From: Dehalococcoidia bacterium
Lineage (GTDB): Bacteria; Chloroflexota; Dehalococcoidia; UBA2979
Length of the DNA stretch: 59,282 nucleotides
Direction of reading: 5' to 3'
NCBI GenBank assembly: GCA_003599735.1
Contig: QZJI01000040.1
Coordinates: 1 to 59,282 of the forward strand
Below the pieces are notes generated by a model. It made no database searches and was not told the origin of the DNA. It saw only the letters and a program-made list of their open reading frames with translations. Every line of letters begins with the position of its first letter. The first letter of the stretch is position 1. A program made the translations under genes and the position numbers. Positions 54,675 to 59,282 of this stretch are shown here, piece after piece.

Positions 54675-55355
54675 ATGGTCTTGACGCCTCTGATCGAGCG
54701 TGTCGGCGAGACGTCGATGCCGACGCGTTTCGGTGAGTTCCGCGCGATCAGCTACCGGACGTTCATCGACTCGAAGGAGCATGTCGCGTTCGTGATGGGT
54801 GACCTCCGATCGGACGAGCCGACCCTCGTCCGTGTGCACGACCGGTGCATCACAGGGGATGTCTTCGACTCCATGCGCTGCGACTGCGGTGACCAGAAAG
54901 ACGCGGCGCTCCAGCGCATCGCGGACGAAGGGCGGGGCGTCTTCGTGTACATGGATCAGGAGGGACGCGGGATCGGCCTGCACAACAAACTGCGCGCTTA
55001 TCGTTTGCAGGAGGATCAGGGTCTCGATACCTACGAAGCGAACGAGGCGCTCGGGTTCCTCGCGGATGCGCGCGAGTACGGAATCAGCGCACAGATCCTC
55101 GTCGATCTCGGCGTCCGGCACATGCGCCTGATGACAAACAACCCGCTCAAGATCAGCGAGATCAACGCGTTCGGTGCACTATACGCCGCGGACCTGAACG
55201 GGCTTGAGCTGTGTGTCGTCGAGCGTGTGCCTCTCGAGATAATCGCCAACCCCCATAACGTCCGCTACCTCGCTGCGAAGCGGGACAAGACGGGCCACAT
55301 GTTCGAGCAGTCGATACCGGACACGGCGTGGCCGGGAGAACACAGGACGCGTTGA
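54675..55355 (+). CDS. ribA: GTP cyclohydrolase II
   Basis: [46 protein letters not shown]. Confidence 0.93.
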   Translation: MVLTPLIERVGETSMPTRFGEFRAISYRTFIDSKEHVAFVMGDLRSDEPTLVRVHDRCITGDVFDSMRCDCGDQKDAALQRIADEGRGVFVYMDQEGRGIGLHNKLRAYRLQEDQGLDTYEANEALGFLADAREYGISAQILVDLGVRHMRLMTNNPLKISEINAFGALYAADLNGLELCVVERVPLEIIANPHNVRYLAAKRDKTGHMFEQSIPDTAWPGEHRTR

Positions 55356-55556
55356 TGTCGGGTTCTGTCAGAACTCAGGGCTCGGGAACAATGGCGTCAC
55401 GGACGGTGCCCGCGATGCGGCTGGTCACGCCGACGAGCGGAGCTACGGTTCCGAGTGCGGCCGCAGCGGCTGCTGGTTCCTCGTCCATGGCCCTCGCCAG
55501 CGCCCACCACGGTCGCGATAGACTGCCCCGGATGGATGCGGTGAAGGGGGCCGAGC

Positions 55557-55898
55557 ATGTTCGGGACAGTGGCACGACTGCGGGTCAAGCCTGGGACGGA
55601 AGCCCTCCTCCTGGCCTGGGGTGAGGCGATCATGACTACCGGCCGAGCGAATGCCGCGTATTGGGGCTGGGCCGGCACGACGATCTACCGGTGCGTCGAT
55701 GACCCACACTCCTTCTGGATGACCGTACTCTTCGACAGCGAGGAAGCCTACCGGCGAAACGCAGAGCGTCCGAATCAAGACACGCAGTATCGCCGCCTCC
55801 GTTCATGTCTCGAGGCCGACCCCGAATGGTCGGATGGCCACGTCGTCGCCGTCTCGACTCGCGAGATCTCGTACATCGAGCCGCGCTCCGTCGTATAG
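55557..55898 (+). CDS. ABM-like dimeric alpha/beta barrel protein
   Basis: GTVARLRVKPG...VLFDSEEAYRRNAERP...LEADPEWSDG. Confidence 0.7.
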   Translation: MFGTVARLRVKPGTEALLLAWGEAIMTTGRANAAYWGWAGTTIYRCVDDPHSFWMTVLFDSEEAYRRNAERPNQDTQYRRLRSCLEADPEWSDGHVVAVSTREISYIEPRSVV

Positions 55899-56090
55899 GC
55901 TTAGTGGCCCTCCGCTCCTCGAGGTGTCGCCGTGATCAGGCCGCCCGCCTTTTCCTGCCACGCAGAGGCTCGTTCTCTGTTCGGCCCTCTATCCGTGATC
56001 GCCTGTCGGTACTTCCTCGGTGCTTCCCGAGCGCCTGGCCGGCCATCGGATTTTGCCGCTTATCCACCATCTCCATTCAGGGAGGTTCGC

Positions 56091-57188
56091 ATGCTGCTTA
56101 TCCAAGAAGTCGGTGAGCTAGCCGTCCGTGCGGCGGAACGAGAGGGGGCCGATTCCGAGCCCTATCCTGCGGCCACGGTTCGCGAACTCTTCGACTCAGG
56201 CCTCATCCGAGCCCCTTTTCCCGAGTTGGAAGGCGGCAGCGGATGGAACTGTCTCGACGCGACGAACGCGATCGAGATACTTGCGTCTCGCTCACCATCG
56301 GCGGCCCTGATCGCAGCGATGCCCGTGGGCATAGCCGGGGTCGTCGCCGGCTCGAGCCCGGTGGTCCCCGCGGCAAGCCGGGCCGGCTGGGATAAACAGG
56401 CCGCCAGCATTGCAGCGGACTTTCGGGATGGAAAGCACTACGCCGCCTGTAATTCCGAGGCTGGAGCGGGCGGGTCCCTGGCAGCGACAAAGACCATCGC
56501 TTCGAAGACGTCCTCCGGCTGGCGGCTGACCGGGCCGAAGATCCTCGCTTCCGGTGGGACGCATGCGGACGTGTTCCTTTCCACGGCAAAGGTCAGCCAG
56601 GAAGACATGCCGGGAGCCGGCATCGTGGAGTTCTTCTTCGTCCCGACGGACGCGCCAGGGGTCACCGTTGCGAGCGACTGGGACGGCTTCGGAATGCGGA
56701 GCACGGAAAGCCAGAGCGTCTACTACGAGGACGCTCGCGCGTCCGGAATCTGGGGCTTTCCGGACTTCATCGCGATCGCTCAGCCACTCTCCTACTTCTT
56801 CTGCCTCTTTGCTGCCATTCCGCTCGGTTGCGCGACAGGGCTGCTCGAACTGATGAGCACGCCGGCCCCTGCGTCGCCGGCGCTGCGCCTTCGGCTCGCC
56901 GACGCGCGCATGAAGTGTGAAGCGCTCAGCGCCTATCTCAGCGAAACCGCAGGCGCTTGGCGTCCCGCAGCGGGGCCTGAATATGCAGCACGCGTCCTTC
57001 GCACAAAGACGTACGTTTCTTCTGAGGCGACCAAGCTCTGCGCTGAGCTGTTCGCGCTCAGTGGCGGACGCCATTACCGACGCGACGGAGCGGCGGCCCG
57101 ATTGTTGGCCGATTCGTTTGCAGGGACGGCGCTGCGGCCGCCGCTTGCATTGTCTCTCGACACCCTCGTCGAGCAGTTCGAGAGCTAA
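56091..57188 (+). CDS. Acyl-CoA dehydrogenase-fold flavoprotein
   Basis: SEAGAG, GWRLTGPKILASG, DWDGFGMRSTES, LFALSGG; GGAGG RBS. Confidence 0.85.
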   Translation: MLLIQEVGELAVRAAEREGADSEPYPAATVRELFDSGLIRAPFPELEGGSGWNCLDATNAIEILASRSPSAALIAAMPVGIAGVVAGSSPVVPAASRAGWDKQAASIAADFRDGKHYAACNSEAGAGGSLAATKTIASKTSSGWRLTGPKILASGGTHADVFLSTAKVSQEDMPGAGIVEFFFVPTDAPGVTVASDWDGFGMRSTESQSVYYEDARASGIWGFPDFIAIAQPLSYFFCLFAAIPLGCATGLLELMSTPAPASPALRLRLADARMKCEALSAYLSETAGAWRPAAGPEYAARVLRTKTYVSSEATKLCAELFALSGGRHYRRDGAAARLLADSFAGTALRPPLALSLDTLVEQFES

Positions 57189-57277
57189 TTCGAAATGGTA
57201 TTCAACGCAGGGTGGACGACAGGAACGGCGGCGCCGTTTTGATCTGGTCTGACGCGTAACAATGCTTCGCCAGCGAG

Positions 57278-57435
57278 TCACCCACTGACGCACTCACGGA
57301 TCAAGTTAGCGAACGCTTCGGGCGCCTCCGCATACGTGACATGCCCGACATCGGCCAACTCAACGAGTCCCGCGTGGGGCATGGCATCCGCAATGTGAAC
57401 GTCCTTCTCAGCCGGCACGTTCGTACCAACCAGCC
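57278..57435 (-). pseudogene. C-terminal remnant of an alpha/beta hydrolase
   Basis: IADAMPHAGLVELADVGHVTYAEAPEAFANLIRE matches the catalytic-His helix; no upstream domain or plausible start. Confidence 0.55.
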
Positions 57436-57532
57436 GACTTCGAGAGGTTCCCGCGGCCCGAGCGCCGCGCGAAAGCGCCTTGCTCGCCCACGCAATGGTC
57501 GTGGTCAACCTGGCCTGCCCCGCCGGTCCGCG

Positions 57533-57572
57533 GGTCGCAGGTCGCAGGTCGCAGGTCGCAGGTCGCAGGTCG
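57533..57572. repeat. Heptamer tandem repeat (GGTCGCA)x5 plus a partial copy
   Basis: Read directly: five perfect units then GGTCG. Confidence 0.95.
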
Positions 57573-57608
57573 ATGAGGTACCCGTGCCCCGAAGGCGACG
57601 TGCTGTCC

Positions 57609-57895
57609 CTACTTGCTCTCGATGCGTTCTGCCACCTCAACGATCCGCGCCTGCGGGCCTTGCATGACGTCTTGCCCGGGGCCGGCCCAGACCTGCTTCA
57701 TCGTCGCAAGCAGCCCCTCCGCCTCATCGCGGGAGTCAAACTCCAGGTCGATCAGCACGAAGTTCGGGTCGTCTACCGAGCGCAGTATCTGGTAACGACG
57801 GACTCCGTGTCCGTGCCGGTCCGCGGATCACTGTCGAAGGCGCGCTTCCAGCCGTCGTAATCGGGTACCGAGTACTCGATCCGCAAGATGTGCAT
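57609..57895 (-). CDS. Small ferredoxin-like/ABM-type protein split by a 1-nt deletion
   Basis: MHILRIEYSVPDYDGWKRAFDSDP then, in a shifted frame, DRHGHGVRRYQILRSVDDPNFVLIDLEFDSRDEAEGLL...PQARIVEVAERIESK*; shift at about 57822. Confidence 0.7.
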
Positions 57896-58134
57896 CTGTC
57901 CTCCGAAATTCGTCTGCCAGGCGACCCCGCGCCATCAGCGGGCGGGACCGGCGGGGATAGACGGCCGCGATCGCCTGATTTGACGCGTCGCAGTCCACGG
58001 TCGCACAACCGACGCTCGCGAGGGGCAGGATGACCGAACTCGTCGATGGCCGCCGGACGGGCCGCTTCCGCTAGACTCGCCGGCAGGCGGCCGCCAACGA
58101 CCGTCCTCGGGCCCTGAACCGAAGGTGGGTGCAC

Positions 58135-58539
58135 ATGGGATCGGAATTTCGGCAGTTCCTGTTGCGCGGAAACGTGGTCGAGCTCGCGGTAGGCATCGTC
58201 ATCGGCGTCGCGTTTGGCGCGGTGATCACATCCTTCGTCGCGAATCTCCTCACGCCACTCATCGCCGCGATTTTCGGAGAGCCAGATTTCTCGGCAATGA
58301 CCTTCCAGGTCAACAACGCGGTGTTCAGGTACGGGGCATTCTTGAACTCGTTGATCGCCTTCGTGGCGATCGCCGCGGCCGTGTTCTTTTTCGTCGTGAA
58401 GCCCGCGAACGCCCTGAGCACCCGCGCGGCGCGTAATGCGGTGCCGGATGACAGTATCAAGAACTGCCCCGAATGCCTCAGCACCATCCCCCTCGGGGCG
58501 CGGCGCTGTGCGCATTGCGCAGAGCTGGTAGCCAGCTAA
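58135..58539 (+). CDS. mscL: Large-conductance mechanosensitive channel with C-terminal zinc ribbon
   Basis: FRQFLLRGNVVELAVGIVIGVAF, YGAFL, FFFVVKP; tail CPEC...RCAHC. Confidence 0.95.
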   Translation: MGSEFRQFLLRGNVVELAVGIVIGVAFGAVITSFVANLLTPLIAAIFGEPDFSAMTFQVNNAVFRYGAFLNSLIAFVAIAAAVFFFVVKPANALSTRAARNAVPDDSIKNCPECLSTIPLGARRCAHCAELVAS

Positions 58540-58724
58540 CGGGGCGATTCGGAGGGCCGATCGGCAGTTGCGGAGCTGCTCCGTGGTGGGAGCGACCCGG
58601 TTCTCCGCCTCAGCTGCCCGAGGGTGCGGTCCGCCGCCGAGGCACAGTTTTGCGCGTCCGCCGCCCGATCGGCTTGAACGTGCAACGACCGAGGACGGAT
58701 TCCCGGTACACCGAGCGCGAATCG

Positions 58725-58940
58725 ATGGCCTATCGTTGCGCCATGCGCTGCTGGATCTGCGAACTGCAATCCGACTTTGCCGTTCACGCACCACACGGTG
58801 AGCAGCGGTCTTACTGCCTTGCCTGCGCGCGATCGATCCTGGACGCATCGACGAACGCGGACTTCGAGGAGGCATGGTGCGGTGAACTCACCGCACTCAC
58901 GATCGAGGTGCTGCGCCGGGTCGCGCGCCGAGCCGCCTAG
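58725..58940 (+). CDS. Small putative zinc-finger protein
   Basis: CWIC...CLAC followed by a helix; start at 58725 or 58743. Confidence 0.5.
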   Translation: MAYRCAMRCWICELQSDFAVHAPHGEQRSYCLACARSILDASTNADFEEAWCGELTALTIEVLRRVARRAA

Positions 58941-59282
58941 CCGTCGTCGCCGCGGAGCATCTGAGGCCATCGAGGGGGCCCCTACGCGACTGCCGCCAAG
59001 GCTATCGCGTCCCTTCGACCATCTCGGTCGCTCGATGACCTGATGTACGAGTCAACCAGCCCAATAGGGGACGAGGCGACGGGTGGGCTTCTACTAACTA
59101 TTGAACAAGGCGACTACGGATCGGAACCGCAGCTCGAGCGCGGCCTGGTTACGCACAGGCGAACGGACATACCGATGTTCGTGCAGTGGTGATAAACCCC
59201 AACTTTTGATCAAAAAGGCCGGCGGCTCGATCGGCAATACGCCTTCGACTGTGGCTTCTTCCCTCGTCGCGCTGACACTGAT

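Noticed and set aside
57533-57572. CRISPR-like repeat
   Set aside because: 7-bp tandem units without spacers, and no cas genes.

Overview
High-GC bacterial chromosomal window; gene content fits Chloroflexota or Actinomycetota, but this cannot be settled from the sequence alone. It has three blocks. (1) 1-18.4 kb is an anti-phage defence island: the start of an Mza-like locus (MutL/MORC GHKL ATPase plus a Z1-domain protein cut by the window edge), a three-gene Lamassu/ABC-three-component-like operon with a Sir2-like effector, a complete qatABCD, an uncharacterised 368-aa Cys-motif protein, two intact AbiE/MenAT type IV toxin-antitoxin pairs (one closely resembling Rv2827c-Rv2826c) and a decayed third pair. 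(2) 18.4-33.6 kb is accessory metabolism and regulation: membrane proteins, two SDRs, putA, a two-component pair whose soluble kinase has a winged-helix-like N-terminus, a Gre-like factor lacking the acidic tip, a VOC/HxlR pair, a USP, a Kef antiporter and an ABC-2 exporter. (3) 33.7-55.4 kb is a cofactor supercluster: a B12-riboswitch-led corrin operon with a CbiC-CbiX-unknown-domain fusion, a deleted cbiD and an antisense-inserted cobF, back to back with a TPP-riboswitch-led thi operon ending in bluB, then a candidate rod-shaped ncRNA and hxlR/fbiC-ribA. The window ends with small genes, a heptamer repeat and mscL. No tRNA, rRNA, CRISPR array, integrase or transposase was recognised. All family calls come from reading motifs by eye, not from database searches.
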